From positions 159,147 to 223,146 of the forward strand of contig CAKPBB010000001.1 of NCBI GenBank assembly GCA_934140005.1: a DNA stretch of 64,000 bases, written 5' to 3'. Within the stretch, counting starts at the first letter, position 1, and each line of letters opens with the position of its first letter. Made by a program: the position numbers and the translations under genes. Positions 29,601 through 37,866 of the stretch are shown piece after piece. The stretch is from an uncultured Clostridia bacterium (GTDB lineage Bacteria > Bacillota > Clostridia > TANB77 > CAG-508). Below the pieces are notes generated by a model, which was not told where the DNA came from, did not search any database, and saw nothing but the letters and a program-made list of their open reading frames with translations.

Positions 29601-29671
29601 GTGCAGTAGTATATTTAATAAAAATAGGAAGGTTAAATATAAAACTGAATACAAAGAAATTTTATAAATAG
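23678..29671 (+). CDS. Giant secreted cell-surface protein 1 (~1998 aa). Acidic/Ser-rich stalk, DUF11/CARDB-like and CnaB/SdrD-B-like domains, C-terminal TM anchor.
   Basis: Likely start ATG 23678 after AAGGAAAGGG, with signal peptide MKKALKKSFVMMIVFILTFANYGFA. DUF11-like LTYTVTVSNTGSVDAENVVATVEAPENG. SdrD-B-like GIAWLDENKDGQRDSNEKLLNGIKVSLID...SNGKYVFNSVEVGKYVV. C-terminus SVATG + TM + KLNTKKFYK. Confidence 0.8.
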   Translation: MKKALKKSFVMMIVFILTFANYGFAINAIATESASVFEMSIFKKSNIEFKAYFDGENEKEKLSDVNDEVVINAELNPKVDGILKEGKLKLNLENSEEANFEIVSVTKQEDISKDLEVKDIKQELTENLKSSEENFNNIETQSKSMNSLNDVEKQAESIDSSSVDLKKDTSINIANSTDKIVDMTADESNTSNMASDNTVADTSSSESSSNSVSNNVSNNITDFSKEDEVIDEDKVIEEASKEKANEKENVSSNSEVSLTEENDISISNVISNTKFRIVIKYKQGEKINISDLYKKLNLTLEGTFVNTDLEESQEKESETLKLGWTYSKEIEVASEYNKISPFTVGKTVGTIVQNEISLKREVTEKNYLPVKETSIQVQVPTLNGKYPTEISVNANRLMATRGETFGAVTFTNDNWSYNEKKHTIEIKVQNEENGTAVNSYGEDNFVVAYRYEDYIDAENIELDKEVTVKVEEYSGKENRVQEKKIEEKQNKEIDAGELITYTVGTTDEAVSKGKINANYYSETAYETEIKTIVSLNILTSDMLEAIKVRGTKESYIDKKGESYDASGDVKYKGVNFNYSEIKDILKADGTIDLLDKEGNIIYTLDKYNTKSDESTKIELSEYTENLQIRINKVKSNGTINIEFVKVIGKSNYKAVEFNDFKSIKSTVETSVKYVKQEGTFTLKTMDVEKEFTESFTSAKLYMNKEYLSTVEVNKNVQLKIELNNNKETSDLYKNPYFEIVFPKYVKAVEIQDINLMDEKGLQIKDFHTVEENGTIKIKVELEGTQTEFVGVNLTNGTNIVINANITVDDYTPKKQDQVKLYYYNEAVTNYVMQTKWSVNKNMPSDIIKVTNGFDLAVFEYQAPTGLVPVNEIKNYDGKANNVKSVKQGTIEKQIEIKQETQISQMKLTALNNTGNDCTDVVLLGRIPFKGNKDVVTGADLGTTVTTTLKDKITADGSNTAMATIYYSSNPEADKNLSDENNGWTQEITDISEIKSYLIVVDGTLEAGKVLNYSYDFEIPSELPYESAIYGSFGVYYNNNSDVAVVYESSIADKVGLVTEKGPKLEANLSVDIGDGNDVLETRRLTYTVTVSNTGSVDAENVVATVEAPENGIFVIKGDAEYASSMGDYGFMPYLEENVSESGKVQMNLQFATIKAGESKDVTFYVKSNELLNIEEYCQMMGTPSGKDEKGYYYSVVKDDGEDDQKDVINDENRDEYLDEDGLPKKVTKDGKDYFLNKEKNESGEYTLLIYRAEDGSEISFTEGYEIFKKQYHLEEDNPDQSENDEEEYEYEKVYVDKVPDSYIETKAKITCENLATEFETNTIKNKVIKANFELSTNLDYDVALTIGAQNTFEATITNLSDKTLKNVVVYFKTSQYMKHIYSESNMDDTDIVSNDDTGVITYKIGKFDSDDIIKLKAIVEATNIPVADEKFESYFEISAQGVENEVGTKISQEIVKPLITSRLVSVSSNELKENDTLTATIKVKNEGLLPSSGTKLLFDIPEIIQVKKVTYLSGEDTKNLSTGNGNKNVAISLPVINADEELDINIEFYAINSSGTDTTDVKISPIVTVENQDNIKLEDIKFTVLNDKLTQDEEDELKRREQEEADKDRIDKAEQDIIDKTQNNTNKPDNNQNNDNNNNSNDNNQGNNEDKSNNIINNKPNDTNQDSSDTKPLAKYAISGIAWLDENKDGQRDSNEKLLNGIKVSLIDVSTSKVIQNVETDSNGKYVFNSVEVGKYVVAFSYDNTIYELTSYKASRVSDDKNSDVIKSETSKMAVTSQIEVKDRNITNIDIGLISNSIFDLKVSKYLDKAIVTTKKGTTEYDVDNKDIAKVEIKSKEMKNSTVKLEYKIVIENVGNVEGYAKQIVDYLEQGYEFDEKDNSLWYLGNDGLLYTNNLDNVSLAPGEKREFKLVLSKKLDEPKTIIASNKIELTSSFCKANLTEGKDNNTSVQTTFISVATGRTIQYIAFIMFTIIASAVVYLIKIGRLNIKLNTKKFYK

Positions 29672-29674
29672 GAG

Positions 29675-32600
29675 GTGAAGATGATGAAAAAGATAAAACA
29701 AATAAATAAGAAAATTTTAATTATCATAATTGTTTTAATTAGTATAGTATTAATTGGTTTTATAGGCTTTAAGTCATCTTCAGCCTATGCTACTAATAAT
29801 GGACAAGAAGAATTAGAAAATACTAATGAACAATTGAATAAAATAGCAGAAGAAGAATTAGAAGATATGTTGTCAAATTCAGAATTTGCAACAGAAGGAA
29901 AGACCATTGAAGAAATAAAAGAAGAAATTAATAGCAATTTGGGAGATATTCCATGGAGCTATGAACAAAAGAAATTAATTAATGAGGAGGTTCTTGCTAG
30001 CAATCCAGATTATTTTTGTATGCAGCATGGTTATAGTTATTGGTATGATAATCTTGATTTGTCACAATATGGTGTAGGAAATATAGGTATTTCTGGAAGA
30101 ATTAAAAATATTTTAACTTATAAATTTAAAGGTTCAGTTCATTTATTTCCACAGACTTTTTCTGGTAGTGCTAATGATGGCTGGGGAGGCTATACTTCAA
30201 GTGGTAAAGTTGAACCTAAAACAGGTACTATTGCTAAGGCTGGATCAGATACATGGGATCATCATGGATTTGCAGGTCCAATTTTACCAGTCAAAGTTGC
30301 ATTTTCAAGTTTTTACTATTATAAAGTAGATTTTGGATGGATAAGCCAAAGTGGTGGTAAAACTATAGTAAGAAGAAGCTCAAATTCACCGATTTATAAT
30401 CAACTAAGAGTTTATGATGATGGTGGAATAGCATTTGCAATGGCTACATATAAACAAACAGCTGAAGAAAGAAAAAGAACAGGACATGCAGATGATCCAT
30501 TACAGATTGCACTTTGGGTTCAAATGAATCAGCTAGGTAGAGTAAATTCAGATAGTCATAGAACAAATAAACTAGCAGATGTTATGGCAAAATATGATGA
30601 TTATTATAAAAAAGCAAGTGACATTGAAAATAATGGAGCAAATATTGGTGTTACAGTAGATGATCACGTGGGAACAACACTTGTGCTTAATAATACGACT
30701 TATAAAGTAGGACCATTTACAATGAGTCATTATTTAAGAGCTAAAGATGTTGAAGTAAGTGATCCAGTAAGAGGATATAAAAATTTACAAGAAGCATTTG
30801 ATGCGTCAAGTACCCAAAGGGTATTTGGAAATCTTCTTTCAAATGTTAAAGGTTCAATTATAAAAGCAACAGCATATTTTGACAATGGAACAACAATTAA
30901 TTTTCCAGTTCCAGACCCAGATGCAGAATTTTATATATATGTTCCAAGAGACAAAGTTGGAGATGCAAATGAGTTAGTAGAAATTGGCTTTGAATATCAA
31001 TATGTACATGCTAATGGTACTGGCACATATTATGATGGTTTAAGATATATGACTTTTTGGAAAGAAGCAAATACAAAAGATGGTTGCAAAACATACTTTA
31101 ATACATGTTTAAAACTTTTAAAATGGCCATATACAAGTTCAAAACCAGGACCTCAACATTGTCAACATTTTAGGACACAACAAATTACAATACCAACTCC
31201 TTGGGGACCAATTACTTTTACAATACTAGTTCCAGCTGGCTCACATAATGACGCAATATTCCTTTGCAAACATGGTTTTGGATGGACTTCTAATGATAAG
31301 TGTAAAGCGTTTAATTGGAAGCTGTTCTTTAGTGTTCCAGATACTCTGCAGGATGCAATGGAGGCATCAGCAAAATTAAGAGGTAAGCAATATAATACAC
31401 ATAATTATGATAATCTAAAAATGGAAGTTCACGTACCACTTATTACAGACATAAAAGTTGATAAAATAGTTGTAAAAGTTCATCACAATGATAGTGAGGG
31501 AAGATATACTTATGGTGCAGGAATAAGTGGAATAGGTAGTATATTTAGCGGAATATTCTCAAGCTCAATTGGAGATAATACTTCAAGATTTGAAAGAAGT
31601 ATGGAAGAAAAATATGATGATACAGTAAAAGTTGAAAGAGGAGATACAGTTATATTTAGAATAGACATCATAAATAATTCTCCAAAATATGACACAAGAA
31701 TTAAAATAAAAGATACTTTACCAAATGACATAGAAGGTACTTTTAAATTACCAGCAGATTTAAATGGTGGCTGGTATATTACGATACCAAAACAAGATAA
31801 AGTAACATATTATGTTGAAGTAATTCCAAGTGCACAAACAGGCAAATACACAAATACAGTTGAAATAACAACAAGAAATACTGGAACATTAGAACATATG
31901 CAGTATGTAGAGTGGTATGGACATACCAAAGGAAATATTGTAAACACAAATGATAATAGAGTAACTGATTTAAGAGAAAAAGATTCAGATACATATGAAA
32001 TTAAACAATATAAAGTAAATATTGATAAGCATATTGTAAAAGTTGAACATACAACAAATGGAGAAGTTACATATGATGCTCTAGCTGACAATGATGAAAA
32101 CTTAAAATCAAGTCAATTAGCTATAGCAAGAGTAAAAATGGGTAGAGCTGTAAATCTTTTAGATCCAGTATATGTAGAATATGGTGATAGAGTAACTTAT
32201 CAAATTGATGTATATAATACTACACCATTAGATTATGCTGTTACAAATAGAAGTGGTGAGCCATATTGGAAGCCAGATAAAGTATATGTAGACTTATTAG
32301 ATGAATTACCAAATCATAGTGACATCAAAATCAATATAACAAATGATGGTAATGTATTAAGTCAAAGCGGTTTACCAATAGTGTTGCCAGTTGGTAATAT
32401 ATTAAGTATTTCAAACTTATGTGTACCGGCAGGAAGTGTAACAACAATTACAGTTTCATTTGTAGTTGAGGATGTTCAAGCTGGAAAATTGTGTCCAAAC
32501 GTTGTAGAAATGGTTGGAGAAGTTTATAACATAAACCATTGGAAAAACTTACAGAAGTATGACAGACCTGTTTATAATACAGAAAAATCAGAAGCTTATA

Positions 32601-35600
32601 ATCCATTAACAAATAGACAATGGTTAGTAAATGCAGACTACTATAAAATCAATGATTACAAACTAGACATTGATAAATATATAAGTTCTTATGATGGTTT
32701 AATGATGAAAGACAATAATAGCAAGAACTTTACACATAATGAAACAAGTTCAATAAATGAAGATGAGTCAACAGAAAGAATGGATAGGACAGATGAAGAA
32801 AAATCAGTTAGTCCATTCCAAGCAGAAAAAACAGAAACATTAACTTACTCAATAAGATTAGAGAACTTATCTGAAAAAGAAAGTGGTTTAAAACCAGCAA
32901 CAAAAGTAAGAACAACGGATATTACAGAAACATTGCAAGAAGGACTAGCATTCCAGTCAGTAACAGCTAAGATTTATAAACCAGATGGAACTGCAAGACT
33001 TGATGATGTTCCGGTAACGGTAACTCCAAAAGGAAATAATGTATACTTATTAAGTATTCCAAATAAAGTTGGAGAAGAATATACAACCTTAAATCCAGGT
33101 GAATACATAATCTATTATGTAAAAGTAAAAATTACAGAAAGTAATATGTATTTATATAACCTAGAGAATAAAGCAGAAATAACAACATTAACAAATATAA
33201 ATGATGTAAACAGAAATAGAATAGTAACAGAACAGAATAAATATCCAGTAAAGAAATCTAGCGAATTCGTAAAATTGAAAGACTTAGTAATAGCAGGAAA
33301 AGTATGGCTAGATCAAAACAAAGATGGATATATGACAAATGATGAAAACAAATTTGAAAATATTATAGTACATTTATATAATGCAAAAAACGATCAAATT
33401 GTTGAAACGGTTAGAACAGATGCAACAGGATTATATACATTCGAAAGAGTATATAAAGCAACAACAAAAGTAGATGGTTCAAATGTAGAAGGAACAATAG
33501 AGGAAGAAGCAAACAAGAAAAATTACAAACAAGGAACAGAATTGAATAGCTACTATGTAGAATTCGAGTATGATGGCTTAATGTATAAATCAACAGAGAT
33601 ATATTCAAATGATACACATATTGACGAAAACTGGTTACCAGTAACAGACAGTGGAAACTATATAAATGATTCAAATGCATTCGAATTTAAAGATGTAAGA
33701 GAAGAGTTTAATAGACATTTTGAAACAATTGGATATAATAAAGGATACTATGTAGGAGAAGATAAGAATTCAAATACAGGCACAAAGAAAATAGAATACA
33801 ATAAAGAAAATCATACAAGTACATTCTTAGAAGATAGAAGTAGAGTAATGACATCAAGATCATTTGTATTAACAAAAGCAGAAAATATATCTTCAGGAAC
33901 AGCAAATAATACAAAATCATTATGGTTATATCCATTAAGTACAGCAAATTACCAATTAGCAGAAACAGAATACTTGAAATATATTAATTTAGGTTTGGAA
34001 GAAAGAGAAGATGTAGACATTTCAATAACAAAAGATGTATATCAAGTAAAAACAACAATAAATGGTGAAGAGGTAATCTATGATTATAATCAAGAAGAAG
34101 TAAATGATGAATATAAGAATGATTATGTAATAAAGAAACCTTATAACCTAGAATTTTATGAATCAGATTTCAAATATAGATATGAACAATATAAGAATGA
34201 GAAAGTAAGAGAATATAAGGGAACAGAAAGTGAATTAAATGTAGAAGTAACATTTAAGATAGCAATAACAAATGAAAAAATAACAGATGATGAACCATAT
34301 AGACAAAATAAAGATATACCAATAGAAGTAACGATAGATGAACTTGCAGATTATTATGATGAGAACTTTATAAAGTATACCGGAGAAGAAAATAATACAT
34401 TAACAGTAAAGACAAAGAATGGAGATTACTTAAAGGATAAACAAATAAAGATAGCAGAAGCATGGTATAAATCAAGTGAGACATCAAATGAATCAATGCC
34501 ATTAACATTGTCAAATACATCAAATTATAATAGAGAAAGAGACTTTACAACAAATGGATATAATACATTGTATATAAGAGGCTTTGATAATGTAAAATTA
34601 AAAGAAGGCGAAACAGGATATGTATTTGTAAAATATGTATTAGATAAAGATTCAACAAGAACATTGAAGATAGAAGATAGCAAGTCAGATAATATGGGCA
34701 TAGAAGGCATATCAGAAATCAATGCATACTCAACATGGTATGGAGATGTATCAGAAGAATATAAACAAGAAAATCCAGCATATGAGATAGGATATCCAGC
34801 AGGCTTAGTGGATAAGGATTCAAATCCAGGCAATATAGGAGATGATAATGGTTTATCTACATCAGAAACTTTAGCAAGAAATAAGAGTGCGGATGATACA
34901 GATTTATATGAAGATGATACATATAAGACAGGCATAAAAATGAATGTAAAGACAATAACAAACGTACCACCACCAACAACAGGAATAAATAAGAATGTAC
35001 CAAGTATAGAAACATATAGAATTCTAACAGGATTCATGTGGGATGATTCAAGGTCAGAAGCAATAGGAACAGATGGAAATGTCCAATATTCAGGTAATGG
35101 TATATATAATGAAACAGATACAAAGCGCACAGAGGCAAAATCAAATAGTAATGTGTTAGAATTATTGAATAGAGATAGTGGCTATAAGAGTATTGTAGAA
35201 AGATTTAATAATCCAACATCAGAACAAAATGACTTTGTTGTAAAAGGAGCAAAAGCACAGTTAATAGAAATAGTAAAAATACCATCAAATGAAAATAATC
35301 CATCAGAAGAAGGAACAAAATATTACGAAGAAGTAATAGATGCAAATTGGGCAACAATACAAGAAACAAGAACAAATGAAAATGGTAAATATGTATTGTC
35401 AGGATTTATACCAGGATATTATACAGTAAGATTTACATATGGAGATCAAACAACAAATGAAATGTTAACATTCAATGGTCAAGATTATAAATCAACAAAA
35501 TATACAACAGGAGTAGATAATTATACATATAAACCAGCAGATGGAGAAACAGAGCTAAATGTAGAGAAGATTAAGAAATATGATGAAATAATGACAGCAC

Positions 35601-37312
35601 TAGAACAAGAAGATAGATCAGATGCAAGAGATGATGAAATAGATAGACTAAATGCAATATCATATTCAGAAATCATGACAAATGAAAAGGCAGAGACATT
35701 AAAAGGTATAAGTATTCCATCAGCAACAGAAGAAGATAGAGCAGATAAGGCAGCAAGAGAAGAAAAATTAGTAAATGAAACAAAGATGAATGCAGAGACA
35801 GTAACATTCTATGTAAAACCAGAAAAATTAGATGATTATGCAGAAAATGTAACATATGCAACATGTACAAATATACCATATAATAAGATTTCAGGAAAAA
35901 CATATAATGTAAAGAATATAGACTTCGGTATAGAATATAGACCAGAATCAGAGATTTCATTGAATAAGGAAATAAAAGAAATAAAATTAGTAACATCAGA
36001 TCAAAATACATTGATAAAGATAGCATTTAAAGATGTAGAAGATGTAAATGGTAATAAAGTATTAAATGAAGTAACAGGCAGAGTAGAAAGAGAAGTAGAC
36101 ACAGCAAATAGTATAGGACTAAATAATTTACAATTCATATGTAATAATAATACATTGCAAGGATTTGCATATATAAATGTTGATGACATAATATTACAAG
36201 GTTGTAGAATAAATGTAGACTATGAATTCACAGTAGAAAATAGAAGTGAAGTAGATAGAATAAGTACAAATCTAGATAGTTTAAGATATAAACAAAATTC
36301 AACAAATGCAATAGCAACAAATAATGGATTAAGGACAAAATATGTATCAGAGAATGATTATTTAGGCTCAGAAACAGCAATGAAATATCAATATGAGTTA
36401 ACATATGAGAAAGATACAAATTATGCAACAGATGATAAGTATAGAATCATAGAAAAGACAATGACAACAGGAGAAGATAATTATTATGGTAAGTATTTAG
36501 GAAGTACATATTTCTTAAGTACAATAACAGCAAAAGATACAATAGTGGACTTAAAGGTAGATAAGATATTAGACTATATAGATACAGACTTAACATTCCC
36601 ATCAGAGAAGAATAAAGATGTAGATAATGCATGGACAACAACGACAGCAGAGGCATTAAAAACAGGAGATGGCTATAATGGAGGATTGTTAAAGAGAAGC
36701 TTATTTAGTAATATAGAAACATCAACATCAAGCTCAGCAAATAGAATACAACAATTGATAGACTTAAAAGGAGTATCATTCGAAACAGGCTTAACAAGTA
36801 ACTTGGCAATATCAATGGATGATAGAATAAGTGATGATCAAAGAGAAGATGAAGTAGTAAATGGAAGATTGTCAAAATTCTTAGAACCAAAAACAACAGC
36901 GACAACAGAAAGTGAGTATAGTGGATATGTAGTATTAACAACAGAGAAGTTAATATCATCAGAAACAGATACAGATAATCTAAGATTTGAGAATATGGCA
37001 GAAGTAGTTCAATTTACAACAACAGCAGGCAGAAGAACAAACTTTAGTACAACAATAGGAAATGCAAATATTAAGTCAACAAGAGGAGAATATATAGAGA
37101 GCTTGAATGAACCAGATACATCAGCAACAGAGGTAATAACATTAACTCCACCAACGGGTATAGATAGAAGAATACAGAATATGGTACTAGATGCAGTAGA
37201 TAAGAATATAGATAAAGTAATAATAGTAATCATATCATTAGTATGCTTAACAGGAGCAATATTGTTAGTACCGGTAGCAGTAAGAAAATATAAAAATAGA
37301 CCTATAAAATAG
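29675..37312 (+). CDS. Giant secreted adhesin 2 (2545 aa). N-terminal thioester-domain-like region, Cys-rich insert, multiple CnaB/DUF11-like domains, TPPTG + TM + basic tail.
   Basis: Signal peptide. Cys115 in DYFCMQHGY and Gln277 in DPLQIALWV fit the TED [YF]CΦ(E/Q) and ΦQxΦΦW motifs. KVWLDQNKDGYMTNDE... is SdrD-B-like. C-terminus ...LTPPTGIDRR...IIVIISLVCLTGAILLVPVAVRKYKNRPIK. Starts 3 nt after gene 1 (AGGAGGTG RBS). Confidence 0.8.
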   Translation: MKMMKKIKQINKKILIIIIVLISIVLIGFIGFKSSSAYATNNGQEELENTNEQLNKIAEEELEDMLSNSEFATEGKTIEEIKEEINSNLGDIPWSYEQKKLINEEVLASNPDYFCMQHGYSYWYDNLDLSQYGVGNIGISGRIKNILTYKFKGSVHLFPQTFSGSANDGWGGYTSSGKVEPKTGTIAKAGSDTWDHHGFAGPILPVKVAFSSFYYYKVDFGWISQSGGKTIVRRSSNSPIYNQLRVYDDGGIAFAMATYKQTAEERKRTGHADDPLQIALWVQMNQLGRVNSDSHRTNKLADVMAKYDDYYKKASDIENNGANIGVTVDDHVGTTLVLNNTTYKVGPFTMSHYLRAKDVEVSDPVRGYKNLQEAFDASSTQRVFGNLLSNVKGSIIKATAYFDNGTTINFPVPDPDAEFYIYVPRDKVGDANELVEIGFEYQYVHANGTGTYYDGLRYMTFWKEANTKDGCKTYFNTCLKLLKWPYTSSKPGPQHCQHFRTQQITIPTPWGPITFTILVPAGSHNDAIFLCKHGFGWTSNDKCKAFNWKLFFSVPDTLQDAMEASAKLRGKQYNTHNYDNLKMEVHVPLITDIKVDKIVVKVHHNDSEGRYTYGAGISGIGSIFSGIFSSSIGDNTSRFERSMEEKYDDTVKVERGDTVIFRIDIINNSPKYDTRIKIKDTLPNDIEGTFKLPADLNGGWYITIPKQDKVTYYVEVIPSAQTGKYTNTVEITTRNTGTLEHMQYVEWYGHTKGNIVNTNDNRVTDLREKDSDTYEIKQYKVNIDKHIVKVEHTTNGEVTYDALADNDENLKSSQLAIARVKMGRAVNLLDPVYVEYGDRVTYQIDVYNTTPLDYAVTNRSGEPYWKPDKVYVDLLDELPNHSDIKINITNDGNVLSQSGLPIVLPVGNILSISNLCVPAGSVTTITVSFVVEDVQAGKLCPNVVEMVGEVYNINHWKNLQKYDRPVYNTEKSEAYNPLTNRQWLVNADYYKINDYKLDIDKYISSYDGLMMKDNNSKNFTHNETSSINEDESTERMDRTDEEKSVSPFQAEKTETLTYSIRLENLSEKESGLKPATKVRTTDITETLQEGLAFQSVTAKIYKPDGTARLDDVPVTVTPKGNNVYLLSIPNKVGEEYTTLNPGEYIIYYVKVKITESNMYLYNLENKAEITTLTNINDVNRNRIVTEQNKYPVKKSSEFVKLKDLVIAGKVWLDQNKDGYMTNDENKFENIIVHLYNAKNDQIVETVRTDATGLYTFERVYKATTKVDGSNVEGTIEEEANKKNYKQGTELNSYYVEFEYDGLMYKSTEIYSNDTHIDENWLPVTDSGNYINDSNAFEFKDVREEFNRHFETIGYNKGYYVGEDKNSNTGTKKIEYNKENHTSTFLEDRSRVMTSRSFVLTKAENISSGTANNTKSLWLYPLSTANYQLAETEYLKYINLGLEEREDVDISITKDVYQVKTTINGEEVIYDYNQEEVNDEYKNDYVIKKPYNLEFYESDFKYRYEQYKNEKVREYKGTESELNVEVTFKIAITNEKITDDEPYRQNKDIPIEVTIDELADYYDENFIKYTGEENNTLTVKTKNGDYLKDKQIKIAEAWYKSSETSNESMPLTLSNTSNYNRERDFTTNGYNTLYIRGFDNVKLKEGETGYVFVKYVLDKDSTRTLKIEDSKSDNMGIEGISEINAYSTWYGDVSEEYKQENPAYEIGYPAGLVDKDSNPGNIGDDNGLSTSETLARNKSADDTDLYEDDTYKTGIKMNVKTITNVPPPTTGINKNVPSIETYRILTGFMWDDSRSEAIGTDGNVQYSGNGIYNETDTKRTEAKSNSNVLELLNRDSGYKSIVERFNNPTSEQNDFVVKGAKAQLIEIVKIPSNENNPSEEGTKYYEEVIDANWATIQETRTNENGKYVLSGFIPGYYTVRFTYGDQTTNEMLTFNGQDYKSTKYTTGVDNYTYKPADGETELNVEKIKKYDEIMTALEQEDRSDARDDEIDRLNAISYSEIMTNEKAETLKGISIPSATEEDRADKAAREEKLVNETKMNAETVTFYVKPEKLDDYAENVTYATCTNIPYNKISGKTYNVKNIDFGIEYRPESEISLNKEIKEIKLVTSDQNTLIKIAFKDVEDVNGNKVLNEVTGRVEREVDTANSIGLNNLQFICNNNTLQGFAYINVDDIILQGCRINVDYEFTVENRSEVDRISTNLDSLRYKQNSTNAIATNNGLRTKYVSENDYLGSETAMKYQYELTYEKDTNYATDDKYRIIEKTMTTGEDNYYGKYLGSTYFLSTITAKDTIVDLKVDKILDYIDTDLTFPSEKNKDVDNAWTTTTAEALKTGDGYNGGLLKRSLFSNIETSTSSSANRIQQLIDLKGVSFETGLTSNLAISMDDRISDDQREDEVVNGRLSKFLEPKTTATTESEYSGYVVLTTEKLISSETDTDNLRFENMAEVVQFTTTAGRRTNFSTTIGNANIKSTRGEYIESLNEPDTSATEVITLTPPTGIDRRIQNMVLDAVDKNIDKVIIVIISLVCLTGAILLVPVAVRKYKNRPIK

Positions 37313-37325
37313 GTTGACTAGAAAA

Positions 37326-37358
37326 GCAGAGAAAATAAAAATTCTCTGCTTTTGTATT
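37326..37358 (+). terminator. Rho-independent terminator after giant gene 2
   Basis: AGCAGAGAA / TTCTCTGCT stem followed by TTTGTATTT. Confidence 0.55.
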
Positions 37359-37615
37359 TGGAAAATATAATAGGAATATATTTATTGAAAAAAACTGACA
37401 AAAACGGCAAAAAAGTTCAATGAAAGCTTGCAAAAATAATTATGTAAAATAAAAAGTTTGCAAAAAGCTAGGGAAATAGTACTTTGAAAGAAGTACTATT
37501 TTTTTACAAAAAATTTCAAAATTTGACAAAATTTCCTATTAGACAACAAAATTTTAAAAAAGCTGTTTTTTCAAGGAAAAAATATCAAAAAAAATTGAAA
37601 AAAAGTCAAAAAAAG

Positions 37616-37645
37616 GTTGAAAAAGTTTACATAACGGTATATAAT
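37616..37645 (+). promoter_or_regulatory. SigA-type promoter for giant gene 3 (TTGAAA - 17 bp - TATAAT)
   Basis: TTGAAA at 37617-37622 and TATAAT at 37640-37645. Lies ~220 nt upstream of ATG 37867. Confidence 0.5.
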
Positions 37646-37866
37646 AAAAATGTATATTTATAAAAGGTAAAAGTGTTTTTTATAGGAGATTGTGTAATTA
37701 AAATTTTATATTTATAGATTTAGAATTTTAAATATATAATGTCCGTAAATAAATTTAAGAAAATACCTATAAAAGTATTGATATATAGGTATTTTATAGG
37801 TTGACTACTATTATAAATATAGTAAAATATATATCAAGTAATAATTTAAGTAAATGGAGGTAAGTT

